Origin: Nemertoderma westbladi | Taxonomy: Eukaryota; Animalia; Xenacoelomorpha | Reading direction: 5' to 3' | Assembly: GCA_032718475.1 (NCBI GenBank) | Contig: JAUCBJ010000397.1 | Coordinates: forward strand, 1 to 48,855 | DNA: 48,855 nt | Part shown: piece after piece, positions 1 through 13,196 of the stretch | How positions within the stretch are numbered: the stretch's first letter is position 1 | Layout: every line of letters starts with the position of its first letter | Notes under the pieces: generated by a model | Told to the model about the DNA's origin: nothing | Seen by the model: only the letters and a program-made list of their open reading frames with translations | The model's database searches: none | Program-made: the position numbers and the translations under genes

Positions 1-1803
1 AGTCAGCGTGTATCCTACGTAGTTCTAGTGGCTGTAGGCCTAGATATGTCAATCTCTCAATATATGGGATATCTGGGTCCAGATGACAACGAAAAAACAG
101 ACGCTTTGAAAAGTAGCGCTGCACGGCTTCAAGTTTATCAGTGAAACCAAAGAAAGGTACTCCCTTTGTAAATGGATTACAAACACAACTAGCATATTCT
201 AGAACGGGCCGAGTGTATGATTTATAAGCCGTAATCAGCGCTTCTCTGTTAGACGTAATAAAACACCGAAATATTTTATTAACAGACCGATATGCTGACG
301 CTGTAATATTCAAAATATGCTCTGAGAAATTAAGCCTACTATCAATAGTTACACCAAGATCACGGTGGTAAGCATGCACAGAGTCTAGATATTTGCCGTT
401 AATTGTATACATTGGAGATACTAAAGTACCGCCATTTATTGTTAAAACCTTACATTTGTCGTTGGCAACACTCATATATACATATTAACATATTATTATA
501 TTACTCTTTCTTACTAATATAACTGTTCCATTACTCATTACTATATTATATATATATATTATTATATTACTCTTTCTTACTAATATAACTGTTCCATTAC
601 TCATTACTATATTATATATAAATATTAACATATTATTATATTACTCTTTCTTACTAATATAACTGTTCCATTACTCATTCCTATATTATATATACATATT
701 AACATATTATTATATTACTCTTTCTTACTAATATAACTGTTCCATTAATTATTACTATATTATATATATATATTATTATATTACTCTTTCTTACTAATAT
801 AACTGTTCCATTACTCATTACTATATTATATATACATATTAACATATTATTATATTACTCTTTCTTACTAATATAACTGTTCCATTACTCATTCCTATAT
901 TATATATACATATTAACATATTATTATATTACTCTTTCTTACTAATATAACTGTTCCATTACTCATTACTATATTATATATATATATATTATTATATTAC
1001 TCTTTCTTACTAATATAACTGTTCCATTACTCATTCCTATATTATATATGCATATTAACATATTATTATATTACTCTTTCTTACTAATATAACTGTTCCA
1101 TTACTCATTACTATATTATATATACATATTGACATATTATTATATTACTCTTTCTTACTAATATAACTGTTCCATTACTCATTACTATATTACATATATA
1201 TATATTATTATATTACTCTTTCTTACTAATATAACTGTTCCATTACTCATTCCTATATTATATATGCATATTAACATATTATTATATTACTCTTTCTTAC
1301 TAATATAACTGTTCCATTACTCATTACTATATTATATATATATATATTATTATATTACTCTTTCTTACTAATATAACTGTTCCATTACTCATTCCTATAT
1401 TATATATGCATATTAACATATTATTATATTACTCTTTCTTACTAATATAACTGCTCCATTACTCATTACTATATTATATATACATATTAACATATTATTA
1501 TATTACTCTTTCTTACTAATATAACTGTTCCATTAATTATTACTATATTATATATACATATTATTATATTATTATATTACTCTTTCTTACTAATATAACT
1601 GTTCCATTACTCATTACTATATTATATATACATATTAACATATTATTATATTACTCTTTCTTACTAATATAACTGTTCCATTACTCATTACTATATTATA
1701 TATACATATTGACATATTATTATATTACTCTTTCTTACTAATATAACTGTTCCATTAATTATTACTATATTATATATACATATTATTATATTACTCTTTC
1801 TTA

Positions 1804-1993
1804 GGCCGCGTTCACACTACCGAGTGAAAGTCAAAGTCAAAAGAAAATAAATATAGCTAGCTAACAATAATAAATAATAATAAATTATATAGGCCTAATA
1901 TAATACATAATGGCGTTCTAGAAAAAAATAAATTTCTTGTTATTTTTTTTACATTTTGTCTTTTGACTTTGACTCGGTAGTGTGAACGCGGCC
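1804..1993. mobile_element. PIF/Harbinger-like MITE inserted in the minisatellite
   Basis: TIRs GGCCGCGTTCACACTACCGAGT…ACTCGGTAGTGTGAACGCGGCC; flanks TTA/TAA at a TTA of the satellite unit (TWA-type target, one mismatch). Confidence 0.85.
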
Positions 1994-2031
1994 TAACTAA
2001 TATAACTGTTCCATTAATTATTACTATATTA

Positions 2032-2697
2032 CACCATGACCCGTAATATAATGTCATTTTCTGATGACACGGACCCCCCCCCCCCCCAAATTTTTCAACA
2101 AATCTTTATCATATTGCTTGAATTTTGAAACACAACTAGTTCAACTCACCGTGGTTGTTACCATGAAGCCGGAATTTTCGAAATTGCCTTTAAATTTTTT
2201 TATGAGCGTTTTAAAAAAGCGTCTTTTGCGAAATTGCACATCTCCTACCATCGCCATTCTTCACATTAACCTCGCTTTATAGATATTATTAAAAAGCTTG
2301 CGTTCCACGGATTCCAAATATGTAACAATATCTGAATTTCGTTGAGAAACAGCTGAGATACTGTATTATAGGCGTTCAAAGATTGCAAGAACTATCGTTC
2401 GCTGCAGGCCATTTATTCTATTTAATAATTACACAATGATGTGATGATTTAATAAATACCAACTACTGTGGAGAATGGCAATTATACGGATGGTGCGATT
2501 TCGCAAAAGACACTTTTTTAAAACGCTTATAAAAAAATTTAAAGGCGAAATCGAAAATTCCGGCTTCATGGTAACAACCACGGTGAGTTGAACTAGTTGT
2601 GTTTCAAACTTCAAGTAATATGATAAAGATTTCTAGAAAAATTTGGGGGGTGGGGTCCGTGTCATCAGAAAATGACACAATATTACGGGTCATGGTG
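2032..2697. mobile_element. Tc1/mariner-like MITE with long (~230 bp) TIRs
   Basis: CACCATGACCCGTAATA…TATTACGGGTCATGGTG with TA on both sides (2030-31, 2698-99); removing it restores the satellite unit. Confidence 0.9.
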
Positions 2698-2850
2698 TAT
2701 ATATACATATTAGTAAGATATTATATTATTATTATATTACCATATATTACTCTTTCTTACTAATATAACTGTTCCATTAATTATTACTATATTATATATA
2801 CATATTATTAAATTATTTCTTACTAATAACTGTTCCATTAATTAACGTAG

Positions 2851-3043
2851 GATCCCCACGGAAGGAAGAAGCGGAGATAATTTCATAAAGTTAGAAAAAC
2901 CTGGTACCGAAGCGAACGTCATATATTTATGGAATCCACGTCCCAGCGAAGCTGGGGGAGTGGTTGTACAAAATTCGAAAATTTCTGGTTGGCAAGAAGA
3001 AGTTCGCACACCAATTAAGTTCCCTCTGGGATCACCAGTCAAG
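2851..3043 (+). CDS. Galectin-like gene, internal exon (IPTEGRSGDNFIKLEKPGTEANVIYLWNPRPSEAGGVVVQNSKISGWQEEVRTPIKFPLGSPVK)
   Basis: AG acceptor 2849-50, GT donor 3044; open frame; galectin CRD motifs NPR, VxN and WxxExR; phase-0 end matches the exon at 10216. Confidence 0.8.
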
Positions 3044-3353
3044 GTACAGTATTTTAAGTAGGGAGGGTTGTACTGTACAGTATTATAGGGACGTGTAGGC
3101 CTACTTGGAACGTGCTACTGGTACATACTGTAGTAGATACATAAAATTCATTAGTCTGCTACCTAGGATCTTGGTTTTGGCGATCTTCTGAAGACCCCAG
3201 AATCCGAAACGATAAGCCTAGTAGATCTCAAAGGAATGGAAATCATCTGCAATTAAACCTTCTCTTAAGGTATATTTGTTGCGGACAGCGATAGAGCCTG
3301 TACCATCATATGGCAAATGCAACACCTCAGTTCGCGATTAGTCATGTTTTAAT

Positions 3354-3616
3354 CAGAGGCGTAGCGAGGCGGGGGGGGGGGGGGGGGGGGGGGGGGGTGT
3401 GTTCCCCCGGGAGCACTCACCCGGAAGCGCTGAAATGTCAGGCAAATGTCATGGAATTCTTGTAAAAATAAGACATATCAGTGAAAATTCAGGGATTGTG
3501 ATACAGTATACAGCACAGGACATGTGTCATAAGCGAAAAATGTAAAATTTTTCTCGGCTCGCCATTCAATATCAGCTTCATTCCCCTGGGCGCCAGAAGG
3601 GCTCGCTACGCCTCTG
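3354..3616. mobile_element. hAT-like MITE
   Basis: TIR CAGAGGCGTAGCGAG…CTCGCTACGCCTCTG with perfect 8-bp TSD GTTTTAAT (3346-53, 3617-24). Confidence 0.92.
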
Positions 3617-3682
3617 GTTTTAATCTAAAGCTATCTGGTTAAAGATACCAGATAACCAGACCAGTTATGTTGTCTTTTAGCT

Positions 3683-3945
3683 ACTACTAGGATCGGCATG
3701 CTGCATTGCAGCTGCATTTTAAATTTTTAAGAATGCTGTGCCGGCTTGTCAACAAAATTGCACCGCCACAACTCCCTATCACCCATGACATTTGCTAGAT
3801 CATCCGCATCTTTAAGGCCAGTGTCCTTTAAGATGCGTCTCAAGAAAGTCATGGGCTGTCCACCATGCTTATTCACTCCATGAGGCTGCCAAAGTACAAG
3901 ATTATGCACTGGCTGGTCCTCACGGCGAAAGCAATGTCCTGCAAG
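3683..3945 (-). mobile_element. 5'-truncated 3' end of an RTE-like non-LTR retrotransposon
   Basis: Nearly identical to 38108-38370; encodes RTE-type C-terminus (LVLWQPHG…DTGL…MGDRELWR) and ends in a short TAG-repeat tail. Confidence 0.8.
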
Positions 3946-4902
3946 TTTAGCAGACGTGTCTTGAATGTTGCTTCACACGTTTCCAGCCGTCTGCCACTAA
4001 TCTTCTCTTCGATAGCAATGTCTGGCAGCGTGGCAGGTCTCATCCTTCAACCCAGAATTGCCGAAAGGGCAAGATTTCATTTTGCAATCCCACAACGTTG
4101 TAGTCTGTGAATTTACTATCATAATTTGCTTTTTACCCTTTTTTTTAAAATAAATTAGTTTCTTATAAATATCATCAGCAGTTCTACAGATAGCATTATT
4201 CTTGCTATGATTTTATAAATATTATATCCCAGTCTGCAGCTCGCCGCTGCAGCCCACTGCCCTTGTAGAACTTGCTCTATTTTTTGAGCGGCGAGTGTCG
4301 GCGGTGAGCGGCTTCTGTGTTTTTCACCAATGATAAAGATTGGATCTGATCACATGAGAAAAAGGAAAGACTGGGGGCATTTCGTGATATTTTTACTCTG
4401 TACAGACAGCTGCAGAGACGTTGTAATTTATATGCAATTAGGCACTAGTGTGTGTTTTTAGCAAAACTTTTTATTTGTACTACCGGTACCTAATTGCAAA
4501 TAACGGTCGGGGTGGGGTATCAGGCACTGCGATCACATGATCTTGGGGTAAATGAAAAATGTACTCCTTGGGATATATTTAGTTGCGAGTAATGCTGTGA
4601 GGAACGGCGCAGTTGGGAGGGAGAAATACACGCGATCTGTCGGGTGTTGAAGTCGCTAAAAATGTAATAACTTTTACTGTTGTAAAAGTCAGGGCTGCAG
4701 GCAAAAAGGTCCGGAAAGTGACGAAACAGCGCCTTTATAGACAGACATATTGCAAATCGGGATCGGAGCATCTGAATGCTGATTGGCTATAGTCCCTAAT
4801 TGGTCGGAGCTACAGTACTAGTTGGGTAAACAGTTACGTTTCGATCCTATTGCACATATTGGCTGGTGAGGGCTGAGGTCAATGACATATACTGTACGAC
4901 CA

Positions 4903-7867
4903 ACTATAGATACGACCCGCCAAGCTGCTGCAAAGCCCCTAAATCTAGTGGGCCAGTTATTTCTCTTTGATAGATATTTAACCCTAAAACAATATGTCAG
5001 GCGCGTCGAAAGTACTTGTTCCTAACTAAAATTATGTCCTCTTTCAGAGGAGATAAATACAAATGTAATAGCTCCAGTAGTTTTCGAGATTTGAGGAGTT
5101 CCTTGCACCCATGCCATATCACCACTTTTCGGAATATATAAAAATACTCAAAATACATCACCCTTCAAAGACTTGGGTATAACCATGAAACCATACTATG
5201 CTTTTTTGGTTAGTCGAATTCATTATTAGTAATCGAAAGCGAAATTAGAATAAAATCTTCATTGTTTATTTTTTAATAGACACTAAATGAGCACCAAATT
5301 TACAAGTAGCTCGAAATTGTCAAATAGCCAGGAAAGTGATAAATGAAAATGGCCAATTTGTCAGTCGAAAATTCTCAGCGCCAGCCAGTGCACTTCTATT
5401 TCAGTACTGCAGTACTATTGCCGGTAATGTAGTGTATTATTCTGTACAGTATGTGTGTGGTATGTGCATTGCACTGCTGCACTCGGACTGTACTGCCTCA
5501 CTTGCACGTTAGGCATTCCATTACTGCTGACTGCATTATGCTGTTACGCATCAATGCCTTATCATTATTATTGTTATCATTATTACATTACCTGATTACG
5601 TCCGTACCTGTATTTATTTGAATAGTTATTATCACCTCTACACGGGCTGGTAGCCACGGCGCCGCGGGGGCCTAATCTTTGGTCTGGACATAGTATCTGA
5701 ATCGGTCGGTATGCAGGCCGTAACAGAACAGTTTTAGTTGGATAGTGCTGTGTGTATATTATACTGATAGATGCCGCTCGCGCGCTCGGTCTACAGTGAC
5801 GAGTGACACTTAGTTCTACTAGTCAAGGCTTTTCTACAGAACAGATGACACCAGGGCCTTCCCTTCCACTAACATTCTGGCATTTGTACATTTGGACGGG
5901 CGATATATTCAGTAAACCCGGAATCTGTTCCGACTTCATTGTGCTATATGCCTCCAATTCCTCGGAGACCGCCAGTAAAAAGAATATACCGTCCATCGCA
6001 CCATCGAAATTCATGAAGGAGAGTAAAATTAGCTTTTTTTTATCTGATGTAGAGATGAAGCCACTGCTCGACTTGGGGTTGGAGGGTCCGGTTATTCTTT
6101 AAGAACCATAACGCTAGGTTTATTCTCCTGCCTAAACCAGCGTGACTCCTATCTGAATCCCTCGAAGACATATCGGCCCTTTCGGAGGATCTCTAGTAAG
6201 ACAGCATGCGTGGCCACTGGCCACCTTAACAGTGTTCGCTTCTTACTGTCTTGGATTTAATAGACAAAGGTTATTGATACATAATAGATATGCTGAGATA
6301 AATTAATATTACGACTTCAATATAATGAGGAACTGATATTATTTAGGGGAATTATTATTAACTGCAATAATTATTGATATGTAATGGAGTATGGTTACTA
6401 CTTAACTACACTAACACTATGTCCTGGAAAATAGTGTCGTTTAATGATGGAGAAACTGATCTGATATATTACTCTAACTCTACTACACTATGTGTTTGAT
6501 GCGGAATTAACGAGATTCATTATTCAGTTATTAGTTACTACCGTAATCTTGAGTTTCCGGTACGTTTAACCCTATCTGGCCCGGGTTATTTTTCTACAGT
6601 ACTTTAATTGGCACGGTGCAGGGGGTGTGGGGGGGGGGGGGGTCATTTTAGAATTTGGTTAGATCTTGCTCAAAAATTACAATTTTGATGGAATAAGGGT
6701 TTTCGAGGTCGATGATCACTATAAAACTTGTTAAACATATTTTCTGGCAAAGTAACCATCATTTTTGGTGCTATTTTGGTCCCCTAGGACGAAAAGTATA
6801 AGTAACAAATTGTCAAACTAAAACATTTTTTTGTGTTTGGTTTGATAATTCTGAAGGTATACGGTTTCCGGGGTTGCTGATCACATTGAAAACTGGTTTG
6901 AAAAATTCTGGAATGCAAACGAAACATCATTTTTGGTGCCATTCAGGTGCCCCAGATAGAAAAGTACAAGTAGCAAAAATTTCCAACTGTTAAATTGTGC
7001 CTTTGCTTAGGTAATTCTGAAGCTGCTATACTGGTGGTTCAAGGCCGCTGATACGATACAACTAGTTAAAAATCATTCGTGGTAATGCAACTATCATTTT
7101 TTTGCGTTTGTCTAGTGGGACGAAAAATACAAGTAGCATAAAATTTCAAACGGCAAAAATCAAATTTGGTTGGATAATACTATATTGTTGAGTGTCGTAT
7201 TCGTGATCAGAATCTCCGAAAAACCTATATGGTCATGAGATCAATTTGATTTCGAGATGATTTTTCATTATCATATTTCCACAACTTGTTTTTTTCGCGC
7301 TCCAGGGGCATAAATAACTGACTAATAACTAATATAAATAGCAACGTGCCTATGTTGTTATATTACACAACACCTCGATATGTTGGATGTAGGGGAATAA
7401 ACGTTCCCAATGAAATCAGCACATTCTAAAACCTCAGTAGCCAAACTTTACGGCTAATTTACCACTTTTGGGAAAAGTGCTACTTGCGCTTTTGGTCCTC
7501 TTTTAGTATCCATTAAAAAAAATTGTTGCTTCTAATCGTGCTTTCGATTACTAATAATGAATTCAACAAACCAAAAAAGCAATGGTTTAATGGTTATACC
7601 AAAGTCTTGAAAGGTGATGTATTTTGTGTAATTTTATCAATTCCGAAAAGTGCTGATACGGTGTGGGTGCCAGGAACTCCCCATATCTCGAAAACTACTG
7701 GAGCTATTAAATTTTTATTTGTCTCATCTGAAAGAGGACATAATTTTAGTTAGGGACAAGAACTTTCTACGCGCTAGACATATTGTTTCAGAGGTTCTAT
7801 CTCAGAGAAATAACTGGCCCACTAAATTTAGGGGCTTTGCAGCAGCTTGGCGGGTGGTATCTATAGT
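4903..7867. repeat. Diverged ~345-bp inverted pair (4903-5250 / 7525-7867): long-TIR element or two inverted copies of one repeat family
   Basis: ACTATAGATACGACCCGCCAAGCTGCTGCAAAGCCCCTAAAT… is matched in reverse complement by …GGGGCTTTGCAGCAGCTTGGCGGGTGGTATCTATAGT, with many substitutions; no clear TSD. Confidence 0.75.
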
Positions 7868-8115
7868 AGGTCATGATAGAACGTATCGGCTTGTGGCAAA
7901 CCAAACGAGATTATTCACAATGGGAATGCCAATAACAGACTGCGGGGAATTTTAGGTCATTATGATTCGATGTGCAACAATGGCTAAATGAATTGGACAA
8001 CTCTTTAAAATGCAAGTAAGTACTGTGTTAAGTTTAAAATATTGGGGCGGATGGGGGTTAATGACTCTCGGTATAAGAAAATCCCACTATATCGTAGGGC
8101 TATTTCGTGGCATCA

Positions 8116-9193
8116 TGTGTATAAACCAAGGTGTACTAAATAACAGGTCATGCAGCGAGCGGATTGCTGAAATTAGCGGAGGCCGATCTTTTCACTATTT
8201 ATGGCACTTTTTTCATAATATTTCCTTAGAAACTTCTTTTGTGCTACTTTGGTTAGGTGGATATGATGACTAGGGTTCATAGAAATGTAATAAAATGTCT
8301 TTCTGGAATTTTTATCTTGTAGTTGCCAAGGTAACCGGGTGCAAAGTTCAACTTTCGAGCGTCTGTAATTCAAAACGACAAGGGATTCTGTTCTTGAGAT
8401 TTGGTATATGAGTAAAGGGAATAAAAGTCTATCAAATTATTTTACACTTAATTTATTTTTCAATCCCGTTTCCATGGTGACGGGAATTACGATAATTTCC
8501 CATTATGACCGCCAGATAGAAATTGGGCTACTATTTACTACTTATATAATTTTCAACAAACATGCCTGGTTGCTGACCTTTATTTCTAATATTTTCTAAC
8601 CGAAATGTAATATTCTGGAATGTCAAAATCATTCTATTACAGGTCTTGCTCTCTGATTGGACAGTTTAGTTTATTTGCAAATATTGACTTTTAGAGATAT
8701 GATTCACAATTGACGAATTATAAAATATAATGTTGGCAATTTTAACTTATTATTTAGACTGACAAACCGAATAAAAATGGTGTTTTATAGAATTTGTAGG
8801 CAATTTTTAAAATTTTCCATTTCTACTTATTTCCATGGCAATGGGAATGTAAACAAATTCAAATGTAAAATATTTTGATAGACTTTTATTCCCTTTACTC
8901 ACCTACCAAATCTCAAGGGAAGAATCCATTGTCGCCCTGAAATACAGGCGCGCAAAGTTTGAACTTTGTGCCCGGTTACCTTGGCAACTACAAGATAAAA
9001 ATTCCAGAGAGACTGTTTATTACATTTCTATGAATCCTAGTCATCATATCCACCTAGCCAAAGAAGCCTAATAGAAGTTTCTAAGGAAATATTATGAAAA
9101 AAGTGCCATAAATAGGGAAACGATCGGCCTCCGCTAATTTCAGCAATCCGCTCGCTGCATGACCTGTTATTTAGTACACCTTGGTATAAACAC
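8116..9193. mobile_element. MITE/foldback element with ~340-bp TIRs
   Basis: ACCAAGGTGTACTAAATAACAGGTCATGCAGCGAGCGG… at 8125 mirrors …CCGCTCGCTGCATGACCTGTTATTTAGTACACCTTGGT ending 9185; exact termini uncertain. Confidence 0.85.
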
Positions 9194-9372
9194 AAACATT
9201 CTAGAATAAATAATATCAGTTATCCCCAAGGTGGTATTTAAAAGTCGTCGAAGTACTAAATATTTTGAGGATGTGTAATTTAATATGTAATGTGTAATTC
9301 AATTTGCACTAGTGATGAGATCTTTAATCAATACTATTTAATTTATCTATATAATTAATTCTAGAATATAAA

Positions 9373-9652
9373 ATGGCCGCTAGCTGCGGACGCTCATTTT
9401 CAATTTTCAATTTTTTCAATTGCGGCCGCTCGCCGTGTCTGCCCGCCACTGTCGCCCGCCGCGGCCGCTCGCCGTTTCTCTGGTGTATCATACCAAAAGT
9501 GGCCGCTCACTGCGGCCGCTGGTTGCGGCCGCCCGCCGCTGCCGCCCGCCGCTCCTCTGGTGTATCATACCAAAAGTGGCCGCTCACTGCGGTAGCCCGT
9601 CGCGGCCGCCCGCCGCTGACGCTCGCCGCTCCTGTGGTGTATCATGGCCTTA
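9373..9652. repeat. GC-rich subterminal repeats and one Harbinger-like end
   Basis: Repeated GGCCGC-rich blocks with TGGTGTATCAT three times, the last ending GGCC followed by TTA; other end not found. Confidence 0.55.
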
Positions 9653-10215
9653 AGCTGCAGCTGCAATACAGTAATACTGTAGGCCTACTCCGAACTCCAA
9701 TAATGCAATGCAATAGGTGGATAGGGCGGAGTGGCTCAGTACTATTTGCATACCGGTCAGTCAATCTGCGAGTTTATAATTGTGAATTGGTTCATTTAAT
9801 CAATGTTCATCACCATGAATTTAATTAATTGTGGTGTCAAAAGAGGCGCAAGACTCTCTGCTTTAAATTATATAAGCCACGTATGAAATGATTGAGATTA
9901 AATGTGTATTTTAATGGATCTAAAATCACCCTCCATAGAAAACAATATAAGAAATTATCCGAGCACTGCGTAATGACGTCAAATATGTAGCAGCCAATCA
10001 CAGCCGATTTTCAAAATTGGCTTCCCACTCTTACTTAAACCCGTCATTTAGACCGTTTCCTCGTGTTTTACAAAGAACACACCACGCCACTCGATTCAGA
10101 GCACCTTGTTACCCCCTATTTGTTTATTTCTAGCCCAACAATTTTTTCGCGCACCAACCCTATTGCTGAAATTTTAAATTTTACTATATAATTATTCCCA
10201 TTGTAACTTTATCAG

Positions 10216-10431
10216 GTAGAGATTTGTTTGCCAGATAAAGATCACCCCAACATTGACACCCAAGTAAATGGAATCCCCGCGGGGAGTTTCCCAGTAAGAA
10301 GTGACTTTGAGGAATCCAAGAAGGAATACATCTGCTTCAAGATCAATCAATTCGAACAGATCATCGGTTACAACCTCAAGGTTGAGATGGATGTGCGAGA
10401 CTATTTCTATTTCACGTGTATAAACCAATAG
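10216..10431 (+). CDS. Galectin-like gene, downstream exon (VEICLPDKDHPNIDTQVNGIPAGSFPVR…); ends at TAG 10431 or splices at 10380
   Basis: Acceptor ctttatcag at 10215; in frame with exon 2851-3043; VNG-x5-F-x2-R pattern typical of the C-terminal galectin strands. Confidence 0.75.
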   Translation, partial: VEICLPDKDHPNIDTQVNGIPAGSFPVRSDFEESKKEYICFKINQFEQIIGYNLKVEMDVRDYFYFTCINQ

Positions 10432-12055
10432 TCAATGAAGTCTATAGGCTGAATATATTACACAGTAGTTGCTTAGGAAATGGTTCAATGTGGTTAGGCT
10501 TATTACGTAATTACGTTACGTAATTATATTACGTAGTTAGATGCTCATAAATTGCTCAATGTTATACATGTTGTAGTGGTTGTGCTGCCTATTATTAAAT
10601 GTTCAGCGAAAATTATGACATTGTAGAGCCTACATGAATTATATGGGTAATTCTTCTCTCACATTTAAATTTTCTTTAAATAGTAAAACCACATTCACAC
10701 ATTTATATGTACACATATTATATTTACATACACATTAATCACACAATTGGTACAGTAGAAGTAGGAGCTGGTTAAAAAAGTATCTATTATTCGGATATTC
10801 AGTTACACACGATATTTAAAATTTGTTATGAAGTTCCCAGGACATCCATAACTAAAGATGTTAACCGATCGGCTGATGCATTTACTACTGTATACTATGG
10901 GTTCCAGCTGAGTGACTCAGTGCTTCGTTGTAAAAAAAAAGTAAAAGTAAAGTTTTTCTCTTAAGCTTACGCACAAAATCTGACGATATATTACCAGTGC
11001 GGTCCCACCAGAACTATACTCCACCGGCGAGACTGGTAGTCATTTAGCTAAAGAATGTAAGGTTGAGATGCCCCACCGTCTATGGTGTCTATATTGAATA
11101 CCTGTGGTTGAGCTACAGTAGTTTAGATTTAGTCATGACCCACACTGTTCCCTATCTCCTGTTCCTTTAATTATACGGAAATTGTCACCGTATTACCTTT
11201 TTACTGTAATTAATATTGTTATTTTGAAATTGGTTGTAGGGGATGAGGTAAATCGTTTCGAATGATTAGGTAGGCTACTTCCTTAAGAAGTTTCTATAGG
11301 TTTGGTTTTTGTTGATTGCATGGCTCAATTTTATTGTTAACCCAGCAAAGCATCTGAATGTGCTGTTCAGCTCCAATGCAACAGGCCAATTATAGTAATA
11401 GTGATGGTAAGTTATTGTATTGCAGTGGAAATTTGTGGGGGCTGGCCCGCACTTTAATCGATGCGGCGGATTACAAGTTTGTGACTTTGTTTGTGTGAGT
11501 AAGATAATGAGTAACATTTTATAGTTTGACTTCGATTTTAGTAGGGTTTTATTAAATTTGATAATATAATTATTAAGGGGGGGGGGGGGGGGGGGGTAGC
11601 GCATTTTCTGACCAAAAATTCGAATTTTTGAAAATATCCTATCTGATGCAGAATTTAATGCTGAATCCAAATATGGAAACCGTTTTCCCATATCTTGCTT
11701 AGTTTTCGAGATATCTGGGATAGAAGATAATGGCTCCGATATATCACGATATCGGTAAATGCGATGAAGTTTGGGGTTTGCATTCAATTTCTGCAAATTT
11801 CTGTGCTCAGTGGTGCCAATTGGATGCCTCCACGAGAAAGAGCACAAAATTTTAAATTTTATTTTATTTTAAATTTTCAATTTTATTGAAAAGGTATTTT
11901 TTATGATTATTTGACCTACTGATCAGTTTATAAGACAACTTCAAGTCTCCGGAATAAAGACGGGACTCGAATAAGCGACTCTGCGGTCTTTGCGGGATTA
12001 CGCGGAATAGACTTATCGGTCATCGGAGATCTTCAAAATATATAATCTCCAGGTT

Positions 12056-12248
12056 TTGGTTAGTGAAACTGTATGCCTGAAATGCTATTGCTTAGTGAAA
12101 CTGTAGGCCTGTAATGCTATTGGTTAGTTAAACTGTAGGCCTGTAATGCTATTGGTTAGTGAAACTGTAGGCCTGTAATGCTATTGGTTAGTGAAACTGT
12201 AGGCCTGTAATGCTATTGGTTAGTGAAACTGTAGGCCTGTAATGCTAT
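12056..12248 (+). repeat. 32-bp minisatellite, ~6 copies
   Basis: Unit TTGGTTAGTGAAACTGTAGGCCTGTAATGCTA. Confidence 0.95.
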
Positions 12249-12415
12249 GATAAATTCGTGGAGGGCAAGCATCATAATGAGGTTTAGAAAAAATAATAGC
12301 GTAATCCCTAAATTATAAAATTCCTAGACGAAATTTCCACGGAGGCCTCTTAGATGCAAGACAGAGTGCGCCCTGGATTGTTCCTTTACAATCCAGTTAA
12401 TCTAACAAATCTTTC

Positions 12416-12850
12416 TTCTATATCTAAAGCTCAAATACTGTATGTATGTATGTATGTTTGTTTGTTCCTCTATCTCTTCCTAAACTACTGGCTCTCGCGA
12501 TATGGGGAAAATGCCGTTGGATTCAGCGTGGTCCTGGGCTCTGTATAAAGTGATTTTCACCGATATGCAGTGAATATTTTCGGTATTTTTAGCACTTTTT
12601 CGGTATTTATTGCAATTCGATTGGTGTCTTTGCTTGAACACAGTTAATAAAAAGCCAGCTATAAGAACAAACAAACGTAGTGTCGTTGGGTCCCTCTCCA
12701 TTCATTATTATTATCCTACAGTACAGTACTACAGTTGAAAGCCTACATTATTACTAAAATTCATTCACCTTGAATTAGTAATAGTAAATTATTTCTTTCA
12801 ATACATCCAACCCTTTTGCTTTCCAGTTCCCGGCACCAATACTGATAGTA
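12416..12850 (+). mobile_element. Possible non-autonomous Helitron/Helentron-like repeat
   Basis: Starts TCTATATCTAAAG followed by a (GTAT)n/(GTTT)n microsatellite; internal segment 12648-12702 recurs at 47457-47519; boundaries uncertain. Confidence 0.4.
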
Positions 12851-13196
12851 AATTAGTACTACATACAGTACAATACGGCCCTTATATTCCAAAACCGTGT
12901 ATTTCGATTTTTGACGAAAATGACATATTTATATATTTGGAATCAGAATTTCAAGGCGCATCTTTCTATCCAGGCCCGAAGCTTGAAAATCAAATGCAAA
13001 GAAAATAGTTTGCGACCAAAACCGTGTATCTCGATATTTTTTGAAGCAATTTTTATCAAAACCATTTATCTGAGAAAAATTAACCGAAAAAAACTAACTG
13101 ACCAATAGGATGCAAGATCTCCATGATTATTAATTTATCAAAACAGTGTATCTCTGTTTCGGAAATTCGTTTAATTTATCAAAACCATCTATCTGG

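Larger units (their letters stand above)
474..2845 (+). repeat. AT-rich minisatellite, ~58-66-bp unit (…TATTACTCTTTCTTACTAATATAACTGTTCCATTACTCATTACTATATTATATATA…), interrupted by two MITEs
   Basis: Roughly 20 tandem copies visible 474-1803, resuming at 1997-2030 and 2698-2845; length variation lies in the (TA)n part. Confidence 0.95.

Noticed and set aside
2064-2614. Two similar ORFs on opposite strands
   Set aside because: They arise from the two TIRs of the MITE at 2032-2697; no recognisable protein.
3371-3397. Long G homopolymers (also near 6630, 11580, 26205, 46850) as G-quadruplex elements
   Set aside because: They sit mostly inside TE or satellite ends, and homopolymer length is unreliable.
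5803-6210. Coding-looking unique stretch with short ORFs on both strands
   Set aside because: No recognisable family or consistent splice sites; may be a decayed gene fragment but unsupported without a search.
9373-9828. 151-aa Arg/Ala/Pro-rich ORF
   Set aside because: Product of GC-rich TE subterminal repeats.
11572-12050. TTAA plus G-run start of a possible TTAA transposon, and ORF 11275-11847
   Set aside because: No matching second terminus found; the ORF crosses a homopolymer and has no motif.
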